Shown here: positions 12,575-24,574 of the stretch, piece by piece
Numbering within the stretch: the stretch's first letter is position 1
How the letters are laid out: every line of letters begins with the position of its first letter
Source of the DNA: Octopus sinensis
Taxonomy: Eukaryota
Length of the DNA stretch: 64,000 bases
Direction of reading: 5' to 3'
Assembly: GCF_006345805.1 (NCBI RefSeq)
Contig: NC_042997.1
Location: 82,274,001-82,338,000, forward strand
Translations under genes and position numbers: made by a program
The notes under the pieces: generated by a model
What the model saw: the letters and a program-made list of their open reading frames with translations, nothing else
Told to the model about the DNA's origin: nothing
Databases searched by the model: none

Positions 12575-12791
12575 ATCTTATCGTTAATTCGAGTGATGGT
12601 AAGTCGCATAGATCTCTTTGAAACACCCGTCTAAGCTGTTTTTGCACTTTGACTTCGTTCTCGAAATTCCAGAAGTATTTTAGAATAAATTTCTTGTTCA
12701 AAGTTTAATCTGGCTCCCTTCATTATTAAATCTAAAAATGAGGAAAAAGTAATGAAAAATTAAGTCGTTATACGCTTTGGGGTACACCCTG
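12575..12791 (-). mobile_element. Tc1/mariner-type transposase relic, part 1 (terminus and N-terminus)
   Basis: Terminus CAGGGTGTACCCC at 12791. Reads KFILKYFWNFENEVKVQKQLRRVFQRD and, after a frameshift, RLTITRINDK. Confidence 0.75.
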
Positions 12792-13299
12792 CATATGTAT
12801 GTGTGTATGTATGTATGTATGTATGTATGTATGTATGTATGTATGTATGTATGCATGTATGTATATATGTATGTCTCTTCTATTTTTTAATTATTATAAC
12901 TCTTCCATTGCGGAGGGAGCCGGTTTCCAACAAAGCTACAAGGCTACATCTTTGGGATGTAGTTAACACAGACAAATTTACATTTGGAACTTGAGATATA
13001 TGTATGTATGTACGTATGTATGTATGTATATATGTACGTACGTACGTGTATTTCCTTGCTTCTATCAGTAACTATATTTCTCTAAAACGACCAGCAACGT
13101 GTTCTGACAGCAAATTGAATGTTGCCTGCTCGCTTCAGTTATTCGTGTAATAGCTCCTTTAAACTGTGTTCTAATTTTTCAACATTTTATATGTATATAT
13201 GTGCCTATGTATGTATGTATGTATGTATGTATGTATGTATGTATGTATGTATGTATGTATGTATGCATGCATGTATGTATGTTTGTACTCTCAATGCCC

Positions 13300-15450
13300 A
13301 ATACCTCGGAAATGGCATCGGATTGACCTCGCAACTCAATCCAAATAGACTTTCTCTTTTTTGTATTTTAAGCATCTTTTTCTGTTGCGGTAGATGGTTC
13401 TATGTTTTGCCTAGCATGTGTTCTTGATCATTCTAAGTTATAATTGTCTTATATTCATTAAAACTTCTTGTTGCTCGATTTATTCCTATGTTGAGGATCC
13501 TCCACTTCGTACTTTTCACAATCATTCAATAATTTGAAACCAATTACTACTAAATCACGATCCTTTTCTCCAGTTGATGATATGTTTAAGACAGAGACCA
13601 AATGGCTTCTTAAGGTATTGCTATTGACTATTCATAAACGACAAACCGTTATTACTTTCTAGATGTCTATTCACCACTTAACAGTGAAGATCCCGTATGT
13701 CTGATTTCCTACAATAAATTCTACGACAAACTGGACCTGAAAACAGCTTACCACCAGAATAAATAAAGCTCTGCTTTTCAAACTGACACACCATTTCGAG
13801 GTTACCCTGACTCTTAAGAGCTTTCAAAAAGGTAATGAATAAGATAACAGACAAAAATATATCGCCTTTCACGATGATCTTGTTTGTAAAACAGTTGAAG
13901 AGCACGATGAGAATTTGGTCAAATTTATTCCACCCACTAAATATTTTTAAACATTTACAAGTGTTGATTCCGTTAAACATTCATTTGTAATTTAGAATAC
14001 AAAACAGAGTATTTCGTTGAAAGCTGACACGGAAAGATTTAGACTCCTCGTTGATTACCTGACACCTGATAATACTAAAAAAAAACTAGGACAATCAGGT
14101 TTATTTAGTTATTACTCTAAATTTGTATTTCCTTTCTCTGAACTAATCCAACCCCTACTGAATCCTACTTTCCCATTGCAAAAGCAAAGATCTAGATACA
14201 ATTCATCTGCTTAAAATCTCAATGTTTTAAAATCTCACACTAACCTATTTTACTTGAATTTCCATTACATTTTGATACTGAAGCTTTTAGAACAACAATC
14301 TCAGGTTTCTTTTCCCAATCTAATAAAGCTGTTACTTTCATCTTCACAAATCTTTCTCGCTCTGGCAAAATTGGATAAAAAGGTGGCTACCCTATCATAA
14401 AGTGATCAGAAATGAAGATTTTACTTAAAGGTTATTTTACACAACACATTCATAAAGAAGCAATCTCATTCAAAGAACGAGGAAAACGAAGAACGATTAT
14501 GATTCTTCGTTGATACAGAAGTTATTGCTTCATAATTCTGACATCGGACACAGAACTAGCGAATATAAAACAGCTTCTGATACTCTTACCAGATGCTTCT
14601 CTAAAACATTTCATAAAATCGCACGTTCACATAAGTTTTTATTTAATATTAAGAGTTCCATCTGAGGACTTGCCATTTCTTTTTTTAATATGTCAAAAAA
14701 TAAAACTCGTGACGAAGCATCACATGTCACATATTCAGGATTGAAATCACGATGCTACAACCTCACATTACAATTTGAATATTTCAGTATCGACTTCAAA
14801 TGTCCTGTACCATTTTATAGATCTTACTTCTACTTGTTTATAGTCAGAGATGACTACTCAAGATCTTTTTCATTTCAGTGTTCAGATATAGCAGTTACAG
14901 TAACTTGATGCCTTCAAAGTATTTTCATTGCTTAATGCTCTAGCTTCTATCCGTTTATGTCTAGAGATGTTTACTTTTTTTTTAAATAATAATTTTGCTC
15001 AAACTAAAACAACTCCATACCATCTTACAGAAAACAGTTAAGTGGAACATCTAAATGCAACTCTATGGATACTTGTATCAAATATCCAGATGGTCGAATC
15101 GATAGTATTCACTAAAAATTACACCATCTAGAAGACTAAGCTCCACAGAAATTCAAACGGATCCTGTTTCTGCTAGATAAACTTCTATTGGTAATTGCTA
15201 CGATCTTGATTTCTTGAAGAATCGGATCCTAGATGTTCCATCCATGAATACTATGCAAACTGGCCGAACTCAGTAGGAATGAGAAGGTGGGGAGGTTTAG
15301 CCTCGATCCTGTAATTGAAGAGGAAATCACAACCCCTTCAAAATTCCTCATCGGAAAGCACCGGAAAGGCTACATCTTGAAAGCGTCGATGAATGTCACG
15401 AATTGCTATTTCCTGCCCATTCATTAGCTGAGCAACTTGTAGAGAGCAAC
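13300..15450 (+). mobile_element. Highly degraded Gypsy pol relic (no LTRs seen)
   Basis: Broken motifs AIDYS*TTNR..LDVY, KLDLKTAYHQ, LKADTERFR..GLFSYYSKF and integrase FSIDFKCPVP, DDYSR. Many stops and frameshifts. Confidence 0.75.
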
Positions 15451-15860
15451 TTGCAATAAATATGGATATATACCATTTTTGCTTACCATACTGAAATCGA
15501 ACATTTTAACCGAATAAAATTATTACTTCTTGACAGCTGTTTCTCTTTACACGTTCTAATCAAACAAATATTTTCCTGCGGGTCAACTTTTTGACCGAGC
15601 AGCAGTTCTGGATCAAGCGTTGACCCAGGCAGGGTGCCTGGCACTTAGAGTGTCGTCAGGCGTTCACAGCTATCTGCCAGTCGCGCAATGCAGTCGGTGG
15701 AAGATCCACTTTGGCGTCCTACAGAAGGTGTGGCGCGAAAGAGCGACGCTATTCTCGAGAAAACTCTAAGGGTCGATAAGAATCAATTGGCTGGTCTGTT
15801 CCATAAGACATTTTGGTCAGAACCCACGGATAATTTCCAGAAATCTGTCGCCCTTTACAG

Positions 15861-17718
15861 CAGTGGTTCTAAACCTGGGGGCGCATCCCCCTGGGGGGTG
15901 GCTTTAGTAATTACCAAGGAGGGTGCGATCCCTTGAAGAAAAGCAGGAATTTCTCTAATTGTATTTGTTATTCTCTTAACAAGAGCATGGTGAATCAATG
16001 AGAAGTTCATGAAAAATGCAAATGTATCGCATTATATCTTTAGTTTTCTTATTCTATCTTAGCGCTGCTTACCATTTTCTGTACTTATTGATCCCCCACC
16101 AAAAAAAAACTCTCGCTAATTCTGAATTGCCTTTATTTTGTCTTTTTTTTTTTGTTACAAGACTCAAGTGAAGAACCACTGGTATAAAGCTTAGATATTG
16201 TTGTGTTGTTCCGAAAATAATAGCACATCAATTAATTCGCAATGAATGCAAAGAAACGGAAACATCTTCACGAATATATTCGATTTGGATTCGTGTCCCT
16301 CCAAAAGGGTGACACAGAAGCCCCCCAGTATTGTGATATGTTACAAAACTTTGAGCAGTGATGGAATGCGACCCTCACGCTTGGAACGCCACTTGAGAAC
16401 AACACATCCTGTTCTTGCAGACATTTTTGAAACATAAACACCGGCAGTAAACTTCAATGGCTGTTGAAGCTTCCTATGAGATCGCCATGTTGATGCAAAG
16501 AGCAGGAAGAACCATAACATCGGAGAGTATCACATAAAACCAAGTCTACTCCGTGCAGTAGAATTCGTTCTGCGGAAAGATAGTGCAAACAAACTTAATC
16601 AGATTTCACTATCAGACGATACAGTCAAGAGAAGGATCGACGACTTTTCTCCAGACATCAAAGATAAAATTCTCGACCAAGAGATTCTCGTTTTTGCCAT
16701 CCAGTGTGACATCGCTCAGTGTTCTCAGTTACTGGTGTATGCTCGTTTTGTGTAAAAGAGGAATGTTGTTCTGTCACTCCATGTATATTTGCACAACAGC
16801 AGCAGTTATTTTTCGTGATTTATCAAACTTCTTTCAGGAAAACCAACTTTCGTGGAATTCGCTGGTAAGGATCTGCACTGATGGAGCTCCAGCCATGCTT
16901 GGTCTGCAGTCTGGATTCATTACTAAAGTGAAAAAAAATTATCTGTTGTAGGTACACACTGCATACTTCATATTGAAGCCTTAACATCCAGAACTTTACC
17001 TACTAAAATGAAAAATACCCTGATCGTGGCTATCAAGGTTGTCAACTTTGTTAAACAGTCGTCTTTTTAAATTGTTGTGTAAAGATATAGAATCTGAACA
17101 TGAAGCATTGCTTTTTCACACAAACGTACGATAGCTATCAAAGGGGAGCACACTTGGACGGCTTTATGAACTACGAGAATTAGCAATATTTCTAGATTTG
17201 CAGCAGAAGGCAGATCTCCATGACAACTTCCAGTCTGAAGGCTTCTTCAAACTGGATATCTTCGAAGCGTTGAATGCTCTTGACCTGAAACTACAATGGA
17301 AAAACATCAACATTCTCACGCATCACGACACCATTCGAAAATTCATGGCTAAACTCGACCTCTGGTTTTAGTTGCTTGGATTCTGCTCTCATTCACGGTA
17401 ACCTTGATTCTGAGTTAAAGAAACAAATAATCACTCATCCAACTGACTTGAAAACAGAATTCATCAGATACTTTCCAGATATCGATGAGCAGCTTGAAGA
17501 TAGGAAATTCATCAGGAATGCATTTCAGTGTGAAGTGATTGATGTTTTGGATGAAGTGCAAAAGGAGTTTCTTGAGCTAAAGTTCAACGCCCCAGCTAAG
17601 GAAGACTTCAAAGAACTGGATCTTGAAATGTTCTGGATCAAGTACTTTCCTGTTTACCCTCTGATCTCACATCAGGCTCTTCGGATTTTAGCTGCGTTTG
17701 GATTCATGTATATTTGCT
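15861..17718 (+). mobile_element. hAT (Buster/Charlie, ZBED5/ZBED8-like) DNA transposon relic, 3' truncated
   Basis: TIR-like start CAGTGGTTCTAAACCT. Motifs BED-like VICYKTLSSDGMRPSRLERHL, SLSDDTVKRRID, CTDGAPAMLG, THCILHIEAL and FWIKYFPVYPLI. Confidence 0.85.
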
Positions 17719-19950
17719 AACCTGTCCATACATTTGATTTTGCCTCTCTTCAAGACCAACACACCACACTTTTTCAATCTGAACTCCATTCTGATATCAG
17801 CACTGAAACTATACACTGTATCAACGAGGGAACTGACTAGGGATTCATCTTTACCATAAAGTTTGAGGTCATCTATGAATAACAAGTGGTTGACTTTTTG
17901 TTGGCGTCTTTTGAATACATGCTCAGCCTTTGCTTTCCTCAGAATCAGTGTTAGTGGCATCATGCACAGTACAAAGATCAGTGAGGACAGGCAGTCTCCT
18001 TGGAAGATGCTCCTCCTGATTTCTATTGTCCCTAAACTTCTTACATATACTGTCAGTTCTGTCCTCCACTTCATACTTTTCGCAAGCAATCACTCAACAT
18101 TCGATGCAATACCAAATAGGTTCATACATTCCATAATCCAAGAATATGGGATCATATCGTACGCCTTACAATAATCGATCCATGACATGGCTAAGTTAGT
18201 TTTCCTCCTCTCGCAGTCTCTAAGTACAGTTTTGCTTACCAGGGGTTGATCCGTGGTACTTCTGCACTCAAGTTTGCAACCCTTCTGCTCATGTGGTAGA
18301 ACTATATTTTTCCATATGTCCGTACATTGACTCTGCGACTATTCCAATCAATAATTTCCACATAAGAGGTAAGCAGGATATCGGCCTGTAATTGTCTACT
18401 ATATTGCCTTTTTCGATGTCTTTCAAGCACAGCACTGTCCTATCCATTGTCAACAACTCTGATGTTACTTGGTCGGCATTTAACAAGGTGTTGAATTGTG
18501 CAACTATTCGTGCATGATATTCACCTAATCTTTTGATCCAGTAGTTTTGAACTCCATCTAGTCCCGGGGCCTTCCAGTTGTCCATTTTTTGCTGATTTTC
18601 TTCACTTCCTTAACTGAAATGACTAGTTCTGCATGTTTTGGACAGACTCCTGTTAGTTTCAGTTCTGGCAACAATTCAGCATCCTTCTTGTGCTCCTTGT
18701 CTTTGCTCCAGATGTCACTCCAAAACCTTTGACTTTCAATATTATCTGGTATCAACTTTTCATCTGTACACTTTCCATTTATTTCTTTGTAGAATCTCTT
18801 CTGATCTTCTTTGAATAGCCTATTCTGCTGGTATCTCTTCATTTGTGGTCGTATCTTACCATCTTTACTTTCTTTGCAACGAGGCGCTGTTTCAGTTCCT
18901 CCATTACCACTTTCAGGTCCTTTCTTTCAATATCATACTTCCTGTTCAGTGCCCTTTATTTTGTTCGCTTTTAAGCTCCCCCTTCTCTTTTCGGTTTAAC
19001 ACAGAAATATCCTTCGAGAGCATATCTAACCCCGCATGTATTCTTCTTTTCCACCGTGGATCTTTTCTTCTGTCACTCTCATTATATCTCTTTTTCTTGA
19101 CATCAACACCTACATTTTCTGCTACAACACTTACTACCTTGATCAAATTGTTTGTTTCTGTGGTGTTATTGTTCTGATATATTTCAGAATTTCATTCACA
19201 TTTTTCGTTTCTTGGTTCAATTTCCATCGATGAACCTTTTTAAGGTTGCAAATAATGTTGCTATTGTTCTCATGTTGCCTGCCTTTGTTTTGTTGTAGAT
19301 TGCCTTTTGCTCATCTGTCATGTCACTATTAGTTTTATTGTCTTCTTCCAAACTATCTATATGTCTCTCAACGAGCAAGCTATCACTGTTCCTTTCCTGT
19401 AGTTTATTAGAGATTTCACCTCTGTTTTCTGCTATGAGATTACTTTTATCAGTAGGAACTGTATTTTCATATTTTCATCGTTTCCTCTGCTGCTGTTTTC
19501 CAATACCCGTCTTTTGAAAGCTTCGAGCTCTACTTCTGTGAACCAGCGATTTTTTCTTATTGCTCCGGCTTGATCACATGATCACTGTTCTCTTTCTCTC
19601 CATTGATCATACGTACATTGATGGTATCCCCTAAGATGAACACCATTTTTGTCTACTGGGTTGCTCAGGTAGTAACACTCCATGACCACAGCATTGACTT
19701 ATTTGTTCCATCTACGCCGGATCACTTACTGGATAACGACAGGCTAGAGTCGGACCAGTATCTCTGAGCCTGCTGCGTGCAGCATTGTCACCATCAAGGA
19801 CTTCAGTTTCCTTACCACCGTTATTCACAATATTTTGTTTTTTCATTGTCACTCATATGAGGTAGCGATTATCAGGTTGCGCAATTACCAGTGTTTTTAT
19901 TGTGACATCATCACTAGATGTATCATCAATCAGAGCATTAGGAGACTCTA
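17719..19950 (-). mobile_element. R4/Dong-clade non-LTR retrotransposon relic (5' part and RT), 3' truncated
   Basis: Motifs NWKAPGLDGVQNYWIK, NYRPISCLPLMWKLL, IDYCKAYD, IFQGDCLS, NHLLFIDDLKLY and MEFRLKKC. The 5' end lies next to (ATT/ATC)n. Confidence 0.85.
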
Positions 19951-20655
19951 GCCGCTTCTTTCATTATTATTATTATCATCACTGATATTATTTTTTATTA
20001 TTTTCGTTATTATCATTATTTTATTTTCATTATTATTATTATTTTATTTTGTTGTTGTTGTTGTTGTTGTTATTGTTATTATCATCATCATCATCATCAT
20101 CATCATCATTATTATCATCATCATAGAGCGTGAAATAAAGTGCCTTATGGTGTTTTGTTCGTCGTTCTGTATTCTGAGCTCAAATCCCACTGTTGTTAGT
20201 ATGCCTTTCATCCTTTACTGGTCGTTATGTTTTCAGTAATGTTTTCAGGTCGATATAATCGACTATGTAATTTGTGTGTCCTTATACCTATGTGAGAAAT
20301 TATCATTATGGTCAGTTCTAGCATCCACACACAAACGAAGATGCTGGTAGAAGTATAATTAGATTAATTCCACTCTCGCCAGCTTTTTCAGAATTTGGAG
20401 TTCACCGTGAATCGAAATTTCTACATGGAATATCTTTTCCTCCTCAGATATCATAGACGTCATTAATGCTTATTGTTTTTGTTATTTAATCCCAGGACCT
20501 CTGATCAATCATCCTGTATATTTTCCTTAACAACGGTGCAATATAGGCCTATATTATTCAATGTGCTTTTGTTCCGTTTTAAGATGATAAGGTGTGACAC
20601 AAGAGAAATTTAGTTTGTCATTTGAGCAACCACTTCGGGGTTTCCTCATAGGCTC

Positions 20656-20751
20656 TACATGAAATATTAATTTGAGAGTTGCCTCCCCTGCGTTATATAC
20701 TTTTAGTTGTAGGTATTATTTAAGATTTTCTGATTCACTCTCAAACATTTG
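20656..20751. repeat. About 95-bp MITE-like repeat, copy 1
   Basis: Internal inverted ends TTTGAGAGT...ACTCTCAAA. Near-identical to 21829-21923. Confidence 0.75.
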
Positions 20752-21252
20752 GTGCCTGTTAAGTTACCATAGCTGTATATTTCAGAAAAGAAGAAATCGG
20801 AAGCTCGACGTTAATGGATTTTTTAAAGCACACTAGCGATGTTTATGAGCTGAAATGTCAGCAAAAAAAAGGAATAAAATTCATGTCGCTTTCTCTGCTT
20901 GCGAACAGTTTATTTGATATAACTCGCAATAATAGCAATAATAATTTCTTTAACTTTGGCACTAAGCCATAAATCTAAAGGGAAGGGATAGAATCGGTTC
21001 TGTCGAATAAGTACTTGTACATATTACATGACTTCTTCGTTGGGTGAAAAGCGAAATCGAACAAGCTGGTGTTGAACTTAGAATAAAAAGAAACATATAT
21101 CAATTTTATATACTTTATTTTTTACCGTATATTCGGCTTAACGTCATCGTCGTTGTTCTCCTCCTCTTCATCATTATCGTCGTCATCGTCGTCGTCGCCG
21201 TCATCATCATTTATTGAAGTATAATTCTAAATGATTTCTTTTATCATTAAAG

Positions 21253-21532
21253 ATTAACGAACGCATGTTGAAAAGGATCCAGGAAGCGTGCAAGAAGGCT
21301 TTGTCTTCGACTTGCGATCTATACAAAGAAATATTTCACTATGATATTTCATCCGCCACCATCAACGATATGGATAAACCGTTATATTCTGGCTTGATGA
21401 TATTTCTATATATCTTATCACTGGATGAACCTATACCAGAGAACCGTAGAGAACAAGCAATATACTGGAGAAAACACGTTAATTTAGATGGTAAATTGGG
21501 CGACTATTTAACACACTCTGATCAAATTCTCG
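21253..21532 (+). CDS. Host gene exon 2: C-terminal half of the putative lysozyme-like domain
   Basis: Acceptor TTTTATCATTAAAG|ATT. Reads INERMLKRIQ...DMDKPLYSGLMIFLYILSLDEPIPENRREQAIYWRKHVN...DQIL, then the donor CTCG|GTGAGT (phase 1). Confidence 0.8.
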
Positions 21533-21828
21533 GTGAGTGACAGGGAAAGCATTCTTGGCTCTTTTTATATTTTTACATTATTTTTATCTAAAAATTCATT
21601 TTCAGGATAGATGTTTAAGGTCGACATAGCGCATGTTGTCACTCGTTCTGTGATTTATTCATTTACTTATTTATTTATATTCCTCTATGAAGTATGGCGC
21701 CCTAAATTCTGATGTCATCATTTCTTCCTACGTTTTCCTCTCGAGAATCCTTTACCTTTTTACCCGTCTAACATGCGCCATTCAAGCCATATCAATGAAG
21801 TTGTCTCCCCTATGTTACACAGACGCTG

Positions 21829-21923
21829 TACATGAAATATAATTTGAGAGTTGCCTCCCCTACGTTATATACTTTTAGTTGTAGGTATTATTTAAGATTT
21901 TCTGATTCACTCTCAAACATTTG
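21829..21923. repeat. About 95-bp MITE-like repeat, copy 2
   Basis: Direct repeat of 20656-20751, differing by about one indel and one substitution. Confidence 0.75.
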
Positions 21924-21929
21924 AACTCA

Positions 21930-22960
21930 AAGATTTTATAAAAACTTTTCTTACAAGTTTTCTTAACTCAAAATTTTTATACAAGTTAATGTTATATAAG
22001 TCAAACCATACCCATTTTAATTCTTTTAGTGGCAGTGCACATGACTCGTTATGAAGGAGTTTCACATTTCTTACACGTACCTGATGTTTGCTTTTGCGCA
22101 GAGAGAGCAAACTTTTACCATCTCAGAAGCCATAGATTTTTTAACTGCTTCCGCCCATTTATTACTTCAGCTAAACTTTTATTACAACCTCATCCACTGA
22201 TTAGCTTACCTAGCCAATGGGGTTCCAAGCAGTTCATGAATTCCATTCCATGTGTATATGTAATGCTAGCTACCTTTGTACATCTGTTTACTGCATGTTA
22301 AGACTATAACTCTGTCGATTTACCTGAGACTATCTGCCTATTTTGTGACCCATTATTGTGTATACATTATTCACTATCGAATTCCAAATTTCTCCTGCTG
22401 TCACTTCTAACATGATGCATGCAGTCTGTTTAGAACTTTTTCTGCAACATTTTGATAGATTTTGCTCAGCATATAAAGTTCCCAAAAATAATTTATGCTA
22501 ACCATTTGCAGTGTAACGAAAAATAATCATAATGAATAGAAAAAGTGTACTTAATTTTTCATTTAATTCGCTTAAGCTTCTAACCTTGCAAACAACACCC
22601 TTGCACGTGGCTTGAACAGCTTTCAGATGTTATTCATCTACATTTACTTGTTTTTGTGATTATAAAACTAGGTAGCATGGGATCTTGTCAAAACCTTTCC
22701 TCAATGTAAAAACAAATGTACGAATGCTTAATTCAATAACACAACTCACTCTGCACATCTTATATAATCACTTTCCAATTCTACCAAATTTCCACTGCAG
22801 ATAAATTTTTTGAGGTGGAAAAGAAGAGCACTGTCAATTTAATTGACACCAATTCATAACTAAAACATTTGCATTTGCCTACATATGAATTCAACCAAAT
22901 ATGCCAAAGTGCTTTGTACGGTTGAGTCTACCAACCACTGCCATTAGTTATACTGATGAT
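21930..22960 (-). mobile_element. Possible piggyBac-like transposase relic
   Basis: Very degraded minus-strand matches to YFG..G.KQFIRGKPIRFGYKLWC and to a C-terminal Cys-rich tail (CSLCAK..TSGTCKKCETP). Confidence 0.4.
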
Positions 22961-23174
22961 AATGACGTAGATGAATACTTTTTTAGTTACAGAGGTGAAG
23001 GGAAACAACTATGGCCATCATGCGAAATTGACGATGACTTGGTATCCTGTCAGGTTGACAACCTATATACAGAAACAATATTTGCATGTTGGACGGCTGC
23101 CTAATCAATAATGTGGACATATCTTTACAGGCCTGACGGTTTTTTCATCCGTAGTTCTCTCTGCATACTATATG

Positions 23175-23320
23175 TCCCCGTAACTTAGCGATTCGACAGA
23201 AGAGATCACTAGATTAAATTCTACAAGACTTTAAAAAATCCTGGGAGTTGATTTGTTCGACTAAACCCTTCAAGGCGGCACCCCAGTATGGCCACAGTCT
23301 ATTGACTGAAACAAACATGA
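23175..23320 (+). mobile_element. SINE 3' portion (same family as 31395-31590 and 60230-60652)
   Basis: Shared motifs CCCCGTAACTTAGCG...GATTTGTTCGACTAAA...CCAGTATGGCCACAGTC...GACTGAAACAA. Confidence 0.6.
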
Positions 23321-24094
23321 AAGCTAAAAAATATCATATTATCTATGAATAATTTTACTCAGACTACTTGAGTACTGATGGCAAACCCAATTCAAGAGTC
23401 ATAAACTCCTGATGGAAAATGAAAGTATTGTCAAATATCACTTTAGTTCAGGGACTCTCTCCAGCGTACTCTTCCTCATACTTAGCAGTATTAGAGTACC
23501 CTGTGTGAAGAATATAGTGTAAAATGGTTGAATACCATATAATATACCAGATATATATATATATATATTGGTAAAAACGGTAAGATAACAAAAGAAAGAA
23601 AGAGACCTCAATATTATGTAAATAGAGAAAATTTATCTGTAAATTAATATGTGACAATTATTCAATAGCCAAGAATACATATATATATATATATATATAT
23701 ACATATTATTAACTGGTTTCCCTCCTCCAAATTTTCAGATGTTGTGCCAAAAAAAAGACATTAATTCAATTTAATTTTACATTCCCAATAAGATGAATGA
23801 GTTTGGTTCTTGTAAAAGTAACTCAATTGTTGGTAAGTTTCAAAGAGGCATATCCATTTATCATTCTCAGATAGCATTTTCGCTTGAAATTTATTTTTTA
23901 CGATGAAATAGCAAAAGGCTTTCCACACATTTTCTAGAAACACGAGTTGCGTTTAGTTGGTTGAGATTACTTCAAAATTCTAATGATTACATACAAACCT
24001 CGCATATCTACGTGATTCTTTTTGCGTAAACTTTAGAAGAGTGCATACCCCGATTTGAGATTCCTTGTTTTAGATTATTTCTTCTCTGTTTTAG

Positions 24095-24453
24095 GTTTTG
24101 AAAATATTGAAACGCCATGTTCCGGAAATTTGGTAAACTCAAGCGGGCCGCCATATTGCAAAATGCCAAATGTTTGCAGTCGAAGTGCTATCGAAAAAGA
24201 AGATATATATTTTCCTTACACAGATCCCAGGATATTTGTGAAATGCTTGGATACTTATAAATATTATATCATGTCTTGCCCACCAGATTTCGTTTGGTCT
24301 CAGACTACTGATGCATGCATTCCTCAAAATGCTGGGAATGACAATAAGGCTTACCAATATTCACGCACCACTGGCGGTTCCACAGCTATTGTCAACAGCA
24401 TGCAATTGATTTTAATATCTTTTTCAATATACCTTATTGAATTGTACCTATAA
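24095..24453 (+). CDS. Host gene exon 3: chitin-binding type-2 (CBM14/peritrophin-A-like) domain and hydrophobic GPI-signal-like tail
   Basis: Acceptor CTTCTCTGTTTTAG|GT is phase-1 compatible (G+GT = Gly). Contains C..YFPYTDPRIFVKC..YYIMSCPPDFVWSQTTDAC and ends AIVNSMQLILISFSIYLIELYL* (TAA at 24451-24453). Confidence 0.8.
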
Positions 24454-24568
24454 TTCAGGTTAATTTCTTTTATTTGTCGTTAGCTTTACAAAATTATGTA
24501 ACTTACTTATTCATCTTCATAAGTTTATGTTCTACGGTATTCAAATGTAAATGAAAATCCAGTTATTC

Positions 24569-24574
24569 AATAAA
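24569..24574 (+). promoter_or_regulatory. Candidate polyadenylation signal of the host gene
   Basis: First AATAAA after the stop codon, 115 nt downstream. The region is AT-rich, so chance occurrence is possible. Confidence 0.45.

Noticed and set aside
22901-23104. FN3-like extra exon of the host gene (DEYFFSYRG..SCQVDNL)
   Set aside because: The only nearby acceptor is the wrong phase, no good donor was found, and it is antisense to the probable piggyBac relic. Exons 2 and 3 already join in phase.
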